From a virus (taxonomy: Duplodnaviria > Caudoviricetes), in the IMG/VR virus record IMGVR_UViG_3300014204_000175, positions 6,784 through 70,783 of that record: 64,000 bases of DNA. One strand, written 5' to 3'. Position numbers and translations under genes: made by a program. Shown here in pieces: positions 26,507-36,289 of this stretch. The notes under the pieces were generated by a model that searched no databases, was not told where the DNA came from, and was given only the letters and a program-made list of their open reading frames with translations. Position 1 is the stretch's first letter, and the number at the start of each line of letters is the position of its first letter.

Positions 26507-27108
26507 TTGGATGGCTTGCCTCTGGTGGTTTCAATCTCTCTCTGTGCCGCCTTAATCTTCCTGGCCATTTCCATTGGATCAACCTCCTTATTTCCCTCCC
26601 AGAACATGCCTATATGGCGTCCTACATCGATCAAAGCGCTCTTCTTATCATACGTCTTAAATTTTATGCCAACTCCATATATTCCAGGAGTTACTTGTAT
26701 TTCTCCAATGACAGCAACTTGTTCTCTGGTCAATTGATCAAATGGTTTCAATATAAAACTATTCCCATCCCATTCTGATATGTCCTTTAGATTTTGAAAA
26801 GCGATTAATGCCAGTTCATTTAGAACTTTCTCTTGTGTTATTTCAGTTTTCTTTTCTCTCTCTTGCATTCTCTCCGCTATCATTTGTTGTACATCATGGC
26901 GTTGGAATGCTCTCATTGCTTCTGCATTATCCCTTTGGGAATTGTTTAATGTATAGCCACAACGCCTCCATGCCTTTTGGACCGACAAATCTATCATATA
27001 TTCATCGACAAATCTTTTGATTTTGAAGTATTTTTTTTGATTTACTGGATTGTCAAAGTCCTTGCGATTCGGGAGTTTAGCAGATGATTGTTTTCTTGTT
27101 ATCTTCAT
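26503..27108 (-). CDS. terS: Terminase small subunit
   Basis: FVDEYMIDL..QKA..R.GY, ITQEKVLNELALIAF and YDKKSALIDVGRHIGMF; adjacent to terL. Confidence 0.9.
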   Translation of the reverse strand: MKITRKQSSAKLPNRKDFDNPVNQKKYFKIKRFVDEYMIDLSVQKAWRRCGYTLNNSQRDNAEAMRAFQRHDVQQMIAERMQEREKKTEITQEKVLNELALIAFQNLKDISEWDGNSFILKPFDQLTREQVAVIGEIQVTPGIYGVGIKFKTYDKKSALIDVGRHIGMFWEGNKEVDPMEMARKIKAAQREIETTRGKPSK

Positions 27109-27234
27109 AAGATCTTTTCTAACCTATTTTTTGACCTTATTAAAGATATTTTAGGATTATTTCAATTTGTTTTTATTGTCTTTTGCTTTGTCTTCGTATT
27201 TACTATTAATTTTATTGAAGAATTGTAATTGGCT

Positions 27235-27759
27235 TTATATTCCCAACTCTTTTGCTTTCTGTAAAAAGAATTGCTCGACATATACAGAAGACATTGGAAT
27301 TATTTTATTTTTTAGTGGTTCTGGCAAATATATTGGCCATTCAATATTCTTTATGATAATATCTCTTTTCTCGGTAGCAAGCATAACTCGATCCGCTGCA
27401 TGAATATACGTTTGATTCATTCTTCCCAGGCCAAATCTCTCCCCTATGGCCTCCAATATCACATTCTCCATAGTTGTGAATTTTGGCAACATTGCTTTTA
27501 TTGGACTTGGAATGTCTCCCAAGTACGCTTCTGCTGCGTCATGCATTAAACGCCATCTTGAATCGCCAGGCAATTCCTTGGCATCTGACATCCTCAATGA
27601 ATGCTCCGCAACACTATAGAACTGGCCGCAATGGCCATTATAACGACAAAGCAAGGATAAGGCGTGAGCAATATCAACAATGTCAATATCCTCCGGCCTT
27701 GGGTCCATTGGGTAAAACTTCCTGCCTGTAAATGTTTGTATCCAGTTACCTCTATTCAT
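27235..27759 (-). CDS. HD-domain 5'-deoxynucleotidase (YfbR-like phosphohydrolase)
   Basis: WIQTFTG...DIDIVDIAHALSLLCRYNGH...YSVAEHS...LMHDAAEAYLGD. Confidence 0.85.
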   Translation of the reverse strand: MNRGNWIQTFTGRKFYPMDPRPEDIDIVDIAHALSLLCRYNGHCGQFYSVAEHSLRMSDAKELPGDSRWRLMHDAAEAYLGDIPSPIKAMLPKFTTMENVILEAIGERFGLGRMNQTYIHAADRVMLATEKRDIIIKNIEWPIYLPEPLKNKIIPMSSVYVEQFFLQKAKELGI

Positions 27760-27769
27760 TTTCTTCCTT

Positions 27770-28378
27770 TCAAAATGGTATGTCGTCATCATTCCGTTCC
27801 ACTGGCGGCATTGCTTCCCCAATTATCTTGTAATACAATTCCATCGCGCATTTGGCGTCATAATCAGCATTGTGCAAATTATTCTCTGAATAATTGATTC
27901 CATAATAATCGAGGACCGAGCCTTGCTTGAAATTCTTCAACGAATGACGTTTCCCGATTATATCCTGCATGGCCAAAACCATTACATCAATGGGGGGGTG
28001 CCAGAACCAGCTGCCGTAATAGTCGTCTCCGCATTTAGCAAACCATTGACGTAACACCTCTGAATCAAACTCCGCCCCGAAATTGATAAAATACAATTTG
28101 TCCGTCTTGTCATATTTGTCAACATATTTGCCTAGCAGTTTTTGAAACTCGGCCAGTACATCAATTGGATCTGGTTTACATGCAATATCCTGAAGTGTCA
28201 AGCCATGCATTTCCAGGGCCTTATCGTCAATTTGGTCCTCGCTGAATACGTCGCATTCAAAATGGAACTCTTCAACTTTCTTTTTGCCCCATTGAATAAC
28301 TCCACCGATTTGCCAAACTCCGCATTTGAATCTATTCGCACTTGTCGTTTCTGTATCCAAAAAAATCCTTTTTATCAT
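27770..28378 (-). CDS. 3'-5' exonuclease, DEDDh (DnaQ/epsilon-like)
   Basis: FLDTETT, FD (ExoII) and LHNADYD (ExoIII). Confidence 0.88.
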   Translation of the reverse strand: MIKRIFLDTETTSANRFKCGVWQIGGVIQWGKKKVEEFHFECDVFSEDQIDDKALEMHGLTLQDIACKPDPIDVLAEFQKLLGKYVDKYDKTDKLYFINFGAEFDSEVLRQWFAKCGDDYYGSWFWHPPIDVMVLAMQDIIGKRHSLKNFKQGSVLDYYGINYSENNLHNADYDAKCAMELYYKIIGEAMPPVERNDDDIPF

Positions 28379-28854
28379 ATTGATACCCTTTCTTGCGCCG
28401 TTGCAATTCCAGAACAATGACTGCATAAATGATTTTTAACATGAGGAATAACGCCACCATCCTCAAAATATATTTCTGATTCAAATGATTTGTCGCAGCG
28501 CAAACATAATACTGTCATAGTATCGGGCGCTTCTTTTTCATTTTTATTGGCTCTTTGATACTTATCATCTCCTGCTTTCCGACGACAAACAATGCAAAGC
28601 TGGGAATGTTTCAATTTAAAAAGCGTTATCGATTGCTTTTTGCCACATCCTGGGCATTCCCGTTTCCGGCCATAGTTATTAATATGCAAAACCGTTCTGC
28701 GAATTGCATTGATAATTTTATTAGAAAATCCCAATTTGGTTGCAATCTCCCAATCCATAAGCCCATCTGCCACCAGGACAGAAATATCATCGTATAATTC
28801 TTGTCTTTCTGGATCCTGTTTGCCTTGAATCTCCAATGGTGTCATGTTCAACAT
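28375..28854 (-). CDS. Hypothetical protein with HTH-like segment and zinc fingers
   Basis: DWEIATKLGFS..II and several CxxC motifs. Confidence 0.55.
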   Translation of the reverse strand: MLNMTPLEIQGKQDPERQELYDDISVLVADGLMDWEIATKLGFSNKIINAIRRTVLHINNYGRKRECPGCGKKQSITLFKLKHSQLCIVCRRKAGDDKYQRANKNEKEAPDTMTVLCLRCDKSFESEIYFEDGGVIPHVKNHLCSHCSGIATAQERVSI

Positions 28855-29467
28855 CCCCTTTAATACACTTGATGTGGGACTTAATTCCATCATGAGTTAC
28901 TTGAAAAACCCGATCTCCGATATCAATCAATTCGTCGTCATGGGTAACTATTATCAATTGCAAATTCAAACTATGAGATATTTCTCTGAGCACCTGGCCA
29001 CCGAGAGATATCAATTTTCCCATATTTTTCATTGGTTCATCAAGGATTATGACATTACGACTGCGGGGATTTTGAAGCGACCACAAAACGATTCTAAATG
29101 CAAACGATATGATATCTAAAACCCCGCCGCCCAAGTCATATTCAGGATCATCATAAATCCGATCGCCTTCGATGATGGTTGGCTTGCATTCCATTTTGTT
29201 ACGCTTCCGCTCAAATTCCAGCTTGAATTCAAATGGACGGTCAAACACCGTTTGGATTGCCATCGTCAACAGACGTTCAACCTTATCCTGAAACCGACGC
29301 TGGGTCTGCTGAGAGACTTCGGTCAATACCCACCTAGCTTTAACTTGAGCTTCATTCCTAATTTTAATGACCCCCAATTCAGCCACTTTGTTGACAAGGT
29401 TGGTCTCAAGCAGTTCCTTCTTGACCTTTACCTGGGCAAATTCTTTTACGATTAGGCTGATGTCCAT
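28787..29467 (-). CDS. Rad50/SbcC-like ATPase, C-terminal half
   Basis: Signature-like LGGG, Walker B IILDEP and H-loop IIVTHD; no Walker A. Confidence 0.85.
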   Translation of the reverse strand: MDISLIVKEFAQVKVKKELLETNLVNKVAELGVIKIRNEAQVKARWVLTEVSQQTQRRFQDKVERLLTMAIQTVFDRPFEFKLEFERKRNKMECKPTIIEGDRIYDDPEYDLGGGVLDIISFAFRIVLWSLQNPRSRNVIILDEPMKNMGKLISLGGQVLREISHSLNLQLIIVTHDDELIDIGDRVFQVTHDGIKSHIKCIKGDVEHDTIGDSRQTGSRKTRIIR

Positions 29468-29468
29468 T

Positions 29469-29717
29469 TTACCCCCGATACTGAGCCAGCTTTTCCTCAG
29501 CAATCTTCAAAAGATCGTCACGTTGCTCCCTTTTGATTTCAAGTTCTGCATTCATCTTCTCCAGCAACTCGTATGCTTCATCTGGAGTATTGACTCCAAA
29601 ATCCTTTTTGACCCGATCAAAGATAGTCTGAATGGAACCTTCATTCTGGGCCATTTCCCGTTTGATTTTCTCCAATTTATCCTTCAAATCCGTTAAAATC
29701 CTACCGTCGTCTGCCAT
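29469..29717 (-). CDS. Small coiled-coil protein
   Basis: Heptad-rich, located between sbcD and the sbcC C-terminal half. Confidence 0.6.
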   Translation of the reverse strand: MADDGRILTDLKDKLEKIKREMAQNEGSIQTIFDRVKKDFGVNTPDEAYELLEKMNAELEIKREQRDDLLKIAEEKLAQYRG

Positions 29718-29728
29718 TTCCAGCCTCC

Positions 29729-30634
29729 TCATCCCTCAATTGTTTCTGCAAGAATATCCACAACAGATTGTTCAATTCGATTCTCCTTAACAAAATCCCA
29801 AAGATTCTCAATAAATGAAACCCCAGATATTTGTTCCTCTCCTGACAATTCGCTAACAAACCCCCCAAGCATTTCCTTATTTTCCTTTTGCCTTACCAAA
29901 TGGGACCTACTCAAAACAGAATCTGCCGGAGAATGAGGGATTTCAATCCATTCAATTGACATATCGTCAGTTTCCAATACAGCAAAACCAGGCTTATGTT
30001 CAAAATTATACTCGGTTGCTTCCTGGCGCGTCATTGGCCCAGTATTCAATATTTGACAACCATTCTTCTCTGCATAAAACATGCGATGGATGTCTCCACA
30101 TAAAATCAGGTCGTACCCAGGGTTTTCCTTCATAAAATTAACGGGAGTCGAGAAGATTTGACCTGGGTACAAAGCCTCCATCGAAATTGAGGCGTGTATA
30201 ATTCCCAGCGTGACCCCTTTGCGTTGAATGCTGCCCAGTTTATGGCCGAAATTCGCCCCAAATATTTGTATGTCTGTACCTGGTATTTGAACCGGCCTTT
30301 CGTTGTCCAACAAAGTTACCAATCCTGCCTTTGCCAAAATGCCCAAATTGGTCCGATCTCTTGTCTCTTCAGAATACATATACGTGTCGTGCTGCCCCAT
30401 GACGCAATATGTTTTTACTCCATGGTGCATCAAGAATTCGACGACACGCGGCAACAAACCCCAGGAACGGGGCTTGTCAAATAAATCTCCGGATTGAAGA
30501 ATTGGAGCCCCAAGTTCTTTTGCTTTATCAAAAATAAATCCCAGTTTATCAAACTGAACTTCGACCAAATCGTCCATTCTGGCGACTGGATTTTCCCATA
30601 ACAAATGAACATCTGAAAGCAGCACGAATTTCAT
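29729..30634 (-). CDS. Mre11/SbcD-like metallophosphoesterase nuclease
   Basis: SDVH, GDLFD, GQHD, GDIH and NTG motifs. Confidence 0.88.
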   Translation of the reverse strand: MKFVLLSDVHLLWENPVARMDDLVEVQFDKLGFIFDKAKELGAPILQSGDLFDKPRSWGLLPRVVEFLMHHGVKTYCVMGQHDTYMYSEETRDRTNLGILAKAGLVTLLDNERPVQIPGTDIQIFGANFGHKLGSIQRKGVTLGIIHASISMEALYPGQIFSTPVNFMKENPGYDLILCGDIHRMFYAEKNGCQILNTGPMTRQEATEYNFEHKPGFAVLETDDMSIEWIEIPHSPADSVLSRSHLVRQKENKEMLGGFVSELSGEEQISGVSFIENLWDFVKENRIEQSVVDILAETIEG

Positions 30635-31869
30635 AAGGATTTCTCCAGAGTCTTGATTTGTTTCTCTGTCATTGGCGTTTGACAAGTCGGACAAAGCTTC
30701 ACTTTCCTTAATGTCGCCAAATATCCAGTCTTTGTGTTTTCATACAATTCCGCCAAATTCTTTTGATTGTCCGCCGATAATTTCATACTGCCCATTTGAC
30801 CCTTCAAACTCAAATAATCCGTTTCATCTATCGGCTTTATCTTACTATGTATTTCATAAAATTCGCCAAAAATCCTTTCCAAATATTCTTGCCTTGAAAT
30901 CAAACTAATCCAGCTATGGTAAAGGCCAGTTAAAATGTTAAATGATTTATCATCTACAATAATATCCTCAATCCTCCGCAAGATGTCTGAAAGTGCTTTT
31001 ATTTGAGACTTCTGCTTGCCGGCCTCAAAAGACAGCCGGGAATAATCATCCATCAAGCCTTGCAAATTATCATGAAGATCGATATCCTTTTGAAATCCAG
31101 ATGCCCGGATAAGGTATTTTTCAGACTTGGCGAATTCTTTCAGCCGTTCCAACGACCGGCATTTGTCCTCATAATCAATCAAATCTTGATCCAGCTTGGC
31201 AATCCTGACGACCAACAGGCCAATTTGATTATGGGTCGCTATGGCACTATTAATGATATCTCCTGTTTGATCAACATCAGCATACCGTTCCAGATCGTTC
31301 CTAGCCAATTCAACTTCTTTTTCCAAGGCGACAATCGCCCGATTTGAATCATTGATTTTTGACGTCAAAGTAGAAACCCATTCATCTACTTTTTCCAAAT
31401 TGGTTATTCGATTGATAGTCCTTGCGATCACTCCTCCGGAAGCGTTGACAAGAAACGGCGGGTCAAATTGCCGCTGGGCATTAAGTTCTGATAAATTTAG
31501 CAATTCTGATATCTGGTCGGGAACAGATTCTCCAACGCCAGTAAATTCAAATTTCTTCCCGTCCTTAACCATATGATAACGGGTCGCCTTGACTTCCCTG
31601 CTCCCATCCTTTTTTAAAGCAATTGATTTGACAATTTTAACGCTTCCATCCGTCAAATCAAGGGATATCTCCGTCTCTCCTTTTTTCCCTGCAAAGTTGG
31701 AGAAATACCTGGCCCCGGATGGCCGGTTGTCGGTCAAAAGGCGCAATGATCTGAGGACCGCCGTTTTCCCAACAGTGCTCAATCCTAAAATAACATTTAC
31801 AAATGGGCAAAAATCAATTTGAGAATCTTCATGACTTTGGAAATTTTTAGCTCGCCACCTTTGATACAT
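30631..31869 (-). CDS. Rad50/SbcC-like ATPase, N-terminal half with zinc hook
   Basis: NFQSH, Walker A GLSTVGKT, coiled coil and terminal CPTC. Confidence 0.85.
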   Translation of the reverse strand: MYQRWRAKNFQSHEDSQIDFCPFVNVILGLSTVGKTAVLRSLRLLTDNRPSGARYFSNFAGKKGETEISLDLTDGSVKIVKSIALKKDGSREVKATRYHMVKDGKKFEFTGVGESVPDQISELLNLSELNAQRQFDPPFLVNASGGVIARTINRITNLEKVDEWVSTLTSKINDSNRAIVALEKEVELARNDLERYADVDQTGDIINSAIATHNQIGLLVVRIAKLDQDLIDYEDKCRSLERLKEFAKSEKYLIRASGFQKDIDLHDNLQGLMDDYSRLSFEAGKQKSQIKALSDILRRIEDIIVDDKSFNILTGLYHSWISLISRQEYLERIFGEFYEIHSKIKPIDETDYLSLKGQMGSMKLSADNQKNLAELYENTKTGYLATLRKVKLCPTCQTPMTEKQIKTLEKSL

Positions 31870-31872
31870 CGG

Positions 31873-32469
31873 TCACCCCCTTACTTTAAGCGCTGCCCGC
31901 ACATCTGGGATCCATTGAAAAAACAGTCGCAGGGATAATATGCAAACCCTCTTCCCGACCTGAATGACTTCAAATTCTGGAAAGCCAAAACAATCTACCA
32001 GTTTGTTAAAATAGCCCCTAGAAAAGGCGATGCATGGCGTTCTTAAATTCCTGCGAAAAACCAAAACTGGGGTCCTATGCGATAATTCTGCATCCCGCTT
32101 GGCCTGATTCCAAAATTCATCAAACTTAGGTGTTGCCTGTGCAGAATCTAACAGGTCAAGTAAATCCCATCTATTTAATATCTTAACCTGCTTTCCATTT
32201 TTGTCTGTCAATTTCTTTGATGACTTTACAGCATACCCCGTTTTCAATTCGATGCTCCAGTTGTCTTCGAGCATTTTCCCTGCTTCATCGGTTGCAAAAA
32301 TATCGCCAAATTGGCTGGCGGCATCCTTGCCCCTCTTATTTCTGACAGTTGCCCGTGCCCCAGACCCACATGTGTGCCAGAAGATATCATCCTTGCCACC
32401 CCACCACACGGATAGTTCTTTGCTAAAAGATCGTTCAAAATCGCCTCCTTTAGCCACGAGCACCTCCAA
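31873..32469 (-). CDS. Holliday junction resolvase (PD-(D/E)XK, Hjc-like)
   Basis: KGGDFER...GSGA...GDI...IELK motif. Confidence 0.8.
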   Translation of the reverse strand: MEVLVAKGGDFERSFSKELSVWWGGKDDIFWHTCGSGARATVRNKRGKDAASQFGDIFATDEAGKMLEDNWSIELKTGYAVKSSKKLTDKNGKQVKILNRWDLLDLLDSAQATPKFDEFWNQAKRDAELSHRTPVLVFRRNLRTPCIAFSRGYFNKLVDCFGFPEFEVIQVGKRVCILSLRLFFQWIPDVRAALKVRG

Positions 32470-33319
32470 AAAAAGAATCCAACCAGCCCTTTGACCCTTC
32501 TTCTGATATCAACGACCGAAACCCATATTGCCCAAATGTCACTCGGAATTTATCTGCTGAAATTTGATCTTCTTGCAATCCGCCTATTTTGATTGCTTTC
32601 CTCCCCACAAATGGTAACCCAACCAACCGATGATTAAATGCAATCAAATCCTCTGCGCCCTCTATCGCAGCAACCTTCTTCCCGCTCTTCAATATTCCAG
32701 CCAGATATTTCGCCGCAGTTAATTCTCCGACCCCAACAACGCCAATAACATTGTCTGTGGCGCAACCAGCAATGGCCTTGACCTTGATCCAATCCTTTGG
32801 TTTCAATCCAAACCAATCCTCTGTGAACCTGGTTTCATCGTTCAACACCTTAAAGTTATACATCGCAACCGGGCAAAATTTGTTGTTGACCAACAGCTGG
32901 AATAAATCGTGATCTCCAGAAACTATTACTGTGGCATCTGGGAAGCGCATGACTATCCAAGCAATCAGATCATCGGCCTCGTAGCCGGTTTGATGAAAGA
33001 TATTTTTGAACCCCATGTACGGCAAAACCTTATCCCTTAATTCGTCAAACTGGGAGTAGGCAATCTCAAAATCCTCAATTTCTCCCTCTGACAATCCCTT
33101 TCTGCGGTTGGCCTTGTAATCTTCAGAAATCAACTTGCGATATGATTGCTTTGAATCCCAACAGAAAATAAAATCTTTTGTGCGGAACTGTTCTGACAAT
33201 TTCAATATTTGTCTCAGAAACCCAAAGATTGTCCCGACCTTTTTCTCCTCATAGGACAACCCTCCAACAGCATACATTGCCCGATAACATAAGTAATTTG
33301 AGTCAATAACCAACCTCAT
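32450..33319 (-). CDS. 5'-3' exonuclease / flap endonuclease (PolI N-terminal-like)
   Basis: IDSNYL, CWDS, YKANR, YEADDLI, SGDHDLFQL and GCATDNVIGVVGVG. Confidence 0.92.
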   Translation of the reverse strand: MRLVIDSNYLCYRAMYAVGGLSYEEKKVGTIFGFLRQILKLSEQFRTKDFIFCWDSKQSYRKLISEDYKANRRKGLSEGEIEDFEIAYSQFDELRDKVLPYMGFKNIFHQTGYEADDLIAWIVMRFPDATVIVSGDHDLFQLLVNNKFCPVAMYNFKVLNDETRFTEDWFGLKPKDWIKVKAIAGCATDNVIGVVGVGELTAAKYLAGILKSGKKVAAIEGAEDLIAFNHRLVGLPFVGRKAIKIGGLQEDQISADKFRVTFGQYGFRSLISEEGSKGWLDSFFGGARG

Positions 33320-34389
33320 TAAAACTTCTCCTTGCGATCTGGCTTCAAGGCATCCTCGATAGAATTCCATTTCTCGACAACCATTTCGGACAATTTGCTT
33401 TCCAACCCGTTCTGCTCAATATGAACAATCAAATTTGGTCTGGAATATTCAATTCCATCAAATGACAAAATTCTCACCTTTGGGCCATATAACCAGGCCA
33501 AAGACGTCGATAAATCATCAAGACCATAATCAAACAATATGGTCAACTCTGCCTCCCGGAATGGCTTGGCAACCTTATTTCGTTTGAATCTTGCCAAAAC
33601 GCGGATGCCATAAACCCGGTCCTCTCCCATGACCGTCCGTTTCAATTTCTCCATTTCGGACAGCCAACAGACCTGATGGGTGTAAAAATCCAAGGACTTT
33701 CCTCCTGCTCGCATATACTTCTCGCCAAATGTTACCCCAATCTTCTGGCGGATTTGAGAAATGACGACAACGGTTACGTCCTTCCCGTCCATCATTCCGC
33801 ACAAATGTCCGAAAAAGGATGACAAGTATTTTGCCTTCTCGGTTCCATAAGACCCATCCTCTTCTTTATTGCTCTTAACCGCATCCTCAAAACGCTTTTT
33901 GGCGGCCTTTGACGTCAAGGCGTCCAGAGAATCAACGACATATAACAAGAATTGCCCTGACTTTCCTTCCTTGATTGTCCGACCAATATCGTTGCCCATA
34001 TCTTCAACGGTATCAATGTCATTTACCCATTCAACGCCATCTTCAAACTGTTTACCATACATCTGGGCAATCGGGAAGTCCATCACCTTCTCGGCATTGA
34101 TATACCTTATTCTTACAGATTTGACAGGAGGGTAAATATTACTGATGGTCTGCTTAACCTTGTAAAAACATCTTGCGGCCAGTTCTAAGGCCAGCAATGT
34201 TTTGCCACTTGACCCGTCTCCAACAAGGTTGATTATCCTTCCCCTTGCCCAGCCACCATTCTGGCCCTTATTTGACCCAGCCAAATTTAAACAAACTGAA
34301 CCTGAATGCAAAAATTCCACAGGGGAGCCATCCCCACAAATTGTCCGTTCTCCTTCAACAACAACGCCTTCCCTTGCAATTTTCATCAT
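33319..34389 (-). CDS. recA: RecA/UvsX-like recombinase
   Basis: SGSVCLNLA...GGWARGRI, Walker A GDGSSGKT, VVDSL, SQIRQKIG and GGKSLDFY. Confidence 0.9.
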   Translation of the reverse strand: MMKIAREGVVVEGERTICGDGSPVEFLHSGSVCLNLAGSNKGQNGGWARGRIINLVGDGSSGKTLLALELAARCFYKVKQTISNIYPPVKSVRIRYINAEKVMDFPIAQMYGKQFEDGVEWVNDIDTVEDMGNDIGRTIKEGKSGQFLLYVVDSLDALTSKAAKKRFEDAVKSNKEEDGSYGTEKAKYLSSFFGHLCGMMDGKDVTVVVISQIRQKIGVTFGEKYMRAGGKSLDFYTHQVCWLSEMEKLKRTVMGEDRVYGIRVLARFKRNKVAKPFREAELTILFDYGLDDLSTSLAWLYGPKVRILSFDGIEYSRPNLIVHIEQNGLESKLSEMVVEKWNSIEDALKPDRKEKF

Positions 34390-34397
34390 CGATCCTC

Positions 34398-34468
34398 AAA
34401 AAAAGAGGGGAGTCGCTTCAGGACTGGCACTCACCGGACGGGCCATCAACAGTTGGCACACTCCCCTC
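34398..34468 (-). terminator. Terminator-like stem with a long loop followed by a U-tract
   Basis: GAGGGGAGT/ACTCCCCTC at 34405-34413/34460-34468; 7-nt A-tract at 34398-34404. Confidence 0.55.
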
Positions 34469-34475
34469 ATCATTA

Positions 34476-35648
34476 CTACCCGGCCCTTTCGAGACGATCG
34501 TTTTCCTTTGCGCACTCTGTCCAAACTGCGCATTTGTCGCACTCCGGCAGATCGTCAATGTCTTTTCCGAAAACTCCAGAAGCAGGACACGACTTATCGC
34601 CCCCTTTGCCGGACGACTCTGGCTTCGCCTTTTCCTTTTCCTTTTCCTTTTCCTTGACTGGCTCAACCTTATTGGGAGGAGCAGACTTTTTGCCGGCTGT
34701 GGCTTTGGCTTTAGCTGCTGCCAACTTTGCCTCCAACTCCTTCATTTCTTTTTCTTCAGGAGTCTCTTCGAGAATTTCCGGGTCTGGAACATCTTTAACC
34801 GGATCTTCATATTTGGGAGAACGGGATTGATGGTTATCGGTAGCAATTTCTTTGATCTTCTCCATGCCAGCAGGAGCTCCAGACAAGGGCACTCCCCAAA
34901 ATGCTTCATGAGCAGAAGCTACTGTGGGCCAATCGACAATTTCGTCCAAAGACTTGCAGGCATCTGCAATAGCATCCGGAACAGGTGAGCGACGATCTTC
35001 AAACTTGATCCCAATGAATTTCGTTTTTTCATCGGTCCCATTGCGATCAAATGACACAGACCGACCGTCTTCAATGTCCATGTACGGAATATAATTTTCA
35101 ATGCCTTGAGACTCGCCAGGGAGAACAGACATCTTGGAAATCACATCTAAATACTGCTGGAACAAATAAGCCGAAGTTTCCCAAATCTGAACACCGGCAC
35201 CAGGATCTCGTCTATCGTAAATATTATAAATGGTTCTGGGCCACGCAGAGTAACGCAACTGTTTTAGCTCTTCCTTATTGGCGCCCTTGGCAGCCTGATT
35301 GCGATACTCCCGGCAAACCGGACAAAATGCCCCCGCCCCAAACAACTCTTCCCGTCGTTTTTTATCCTTGAATGTCTGCTCGATGCAGATGATGTTGCTC
35401 CCGTCCTGTGCCGCCTTGGAATGAACAAAGACCCGCAAGACGTATGCAAACGAATTGGCCTCTATTGGATCAAAACTTCCGGCGTCGTATGATAAGACGT
35501 CAATCAAATTTTGTCCTTCCTTGCATTTGAAATATTTGATCCCCTGAACATCCCCCCGGAACAGACTCCCAACCCTCTTGTAGTGCTGAGTCTCCTTATC
35601 CATCCGTTTCTGCATCTCCTCTTTGGCAGAGCGCCTACTTTCCCTCAT
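34476..35648 (-). CDS. Single-stranded DNA-binding protein (gp32-like) with a Cys-rich tail
   Basis: VFVH...CPVC...TIYNI.D..D...GVQIW pattern, position in the replication module, Lys/Glu linker and C-terminal CP..G.FG...C..C...C. Confidence 0.7.
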   Translation of the reverse strand: MRESRRSAKEEMQKRMDKETQHYKRVGSLFRGDVQGIKYFKCKEGQNLIDVLSYDAGSFDPIEANSFAYVLRVFVHSKAAQDGSNIICIEQTFKDKKRREELFGAGAFCPVCREYRNQAAKGANKEELKQLRYSAWPRTIYNIYDRRDPGAGVQIWETSAYLFQQYLDVISKMSVLPGESQGIENYIPYMDIEDGRSVSFDRNGTDEKTKFIGIKFEDRRSPVPDAIADACKSLDEIVDWPTVASAHEAFWGVPLSGAPAGMEKIKEIATDNHQSRSPKYEDPVKDVPDPEILEETPEEKEMKELEAKLAAAKAKATAGKKSAPPNKVEPVKEKEKEKEKAKPESSGKGGDKSCPASGVFGKDIDDLPECDKCAVWTECAKENDRLERAG

Positions 35649-35790
35649 TTTGATCCTCCTTGTGTTTTATTATGCTTTTAGTGAACCACAACTTTGCTTG
35701 AAAATAGCTCCTGGCCGCACCATACGTTGCCAGACGCCAAATTATATATGCCGCTAGAAGGGCAAAGGGAGCAAACACTAAATATTCCAT
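35635..35790 (-). CDS. Small membrane protein (51 aa)
   Basis: Not in the ORF track. MEYLVFAPFALLAAYIIWRLATYGAARSYFQAK... Confidence 0.55.
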   Translation of the reverse strand: MEYLVFAPFALLAAYIIWRLATYGAARSYFQAKLWFTKSIIKHKEDQNEGK

Positions 35791-35791
35791 G

Positions 35792-36289
35792 TCAACCCCT
35801 GCTTATCCGCCATCTGTTGGCCTTATCGATTTCCTCCGACTCCTGATTCTTGCGTTCGATGGCATCGTCCCGTCTGGTCGGAGAAGAATGGCCATCTGGC
35901 ATAGATCTCTCCCGGTCACGGGCATCTGAAAGCCTGTCCAAAGATTTTTTCTTCTGCTCAAATGCCCATTTGACGCCATCAAGAATATTAACATCCTCTT
36001 CCAAGGCAATCAGTCGTTCAGAAACTTCCCTGTAGTCGGGATGGGCATGAACCTCAACCTCACACCGCGTATCGGATGGAAGCTTGCCATTCTCGGTCAA
36101 GGCAATCTTGGCCTCTTTGAAAAGTCTTGCCTTTGTGGTCTTCTTTTCAAGCCAAACCAAATCCTTTTCTTTCAGTTTGTTTGCCCATTTTTCTACCCAG
36201 TGGGCAAACAGACCGGCCTGTTTTATCCACTCTCCATCTAGGTCATTCTCCTTGATTTCCAAATCTGGTTTGTAATTAAATTTATCCAT
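35792..36289 (-). CDS. Recombination mediator UvsY-like protein
   Basis: Helical protein, DLEI..NDLD.EW..Q..LF..W pattern; lies near SSB and RecA. Confidence 0.55.
   Translation of the reverse strand: MDKFNYKPDLEIKENDLDGEWIKQAGLFAHWVEKWANKLKEKDLVWLEKKTTKARLFKEAKIALTENGKLPSDTRCEVEVHAHPDYREVSERLIALEEDVNILDGVKWAFEQKKKSLDRLSDARDRERSMPDGHSSPTRRDDAIERKNQESEEIDKANRWRISRG

Noticed and set aside
27235-27759. Z-genome (2-aminoadenine) system suggested by HD and dATP/dGTP hydrolases
   Set aside because: No PurZ is visible in the window, the HD protein looks like the common YfbR-like phage family, and the diphosphohydrolase is interrupted. It cannot be excluded outside the window.
34628-34656. TTCCTT tandem repeat
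   Set aside because: It simply encodes KEKEKEK in the SSB linker; there is no sign of a phase-variation tract.
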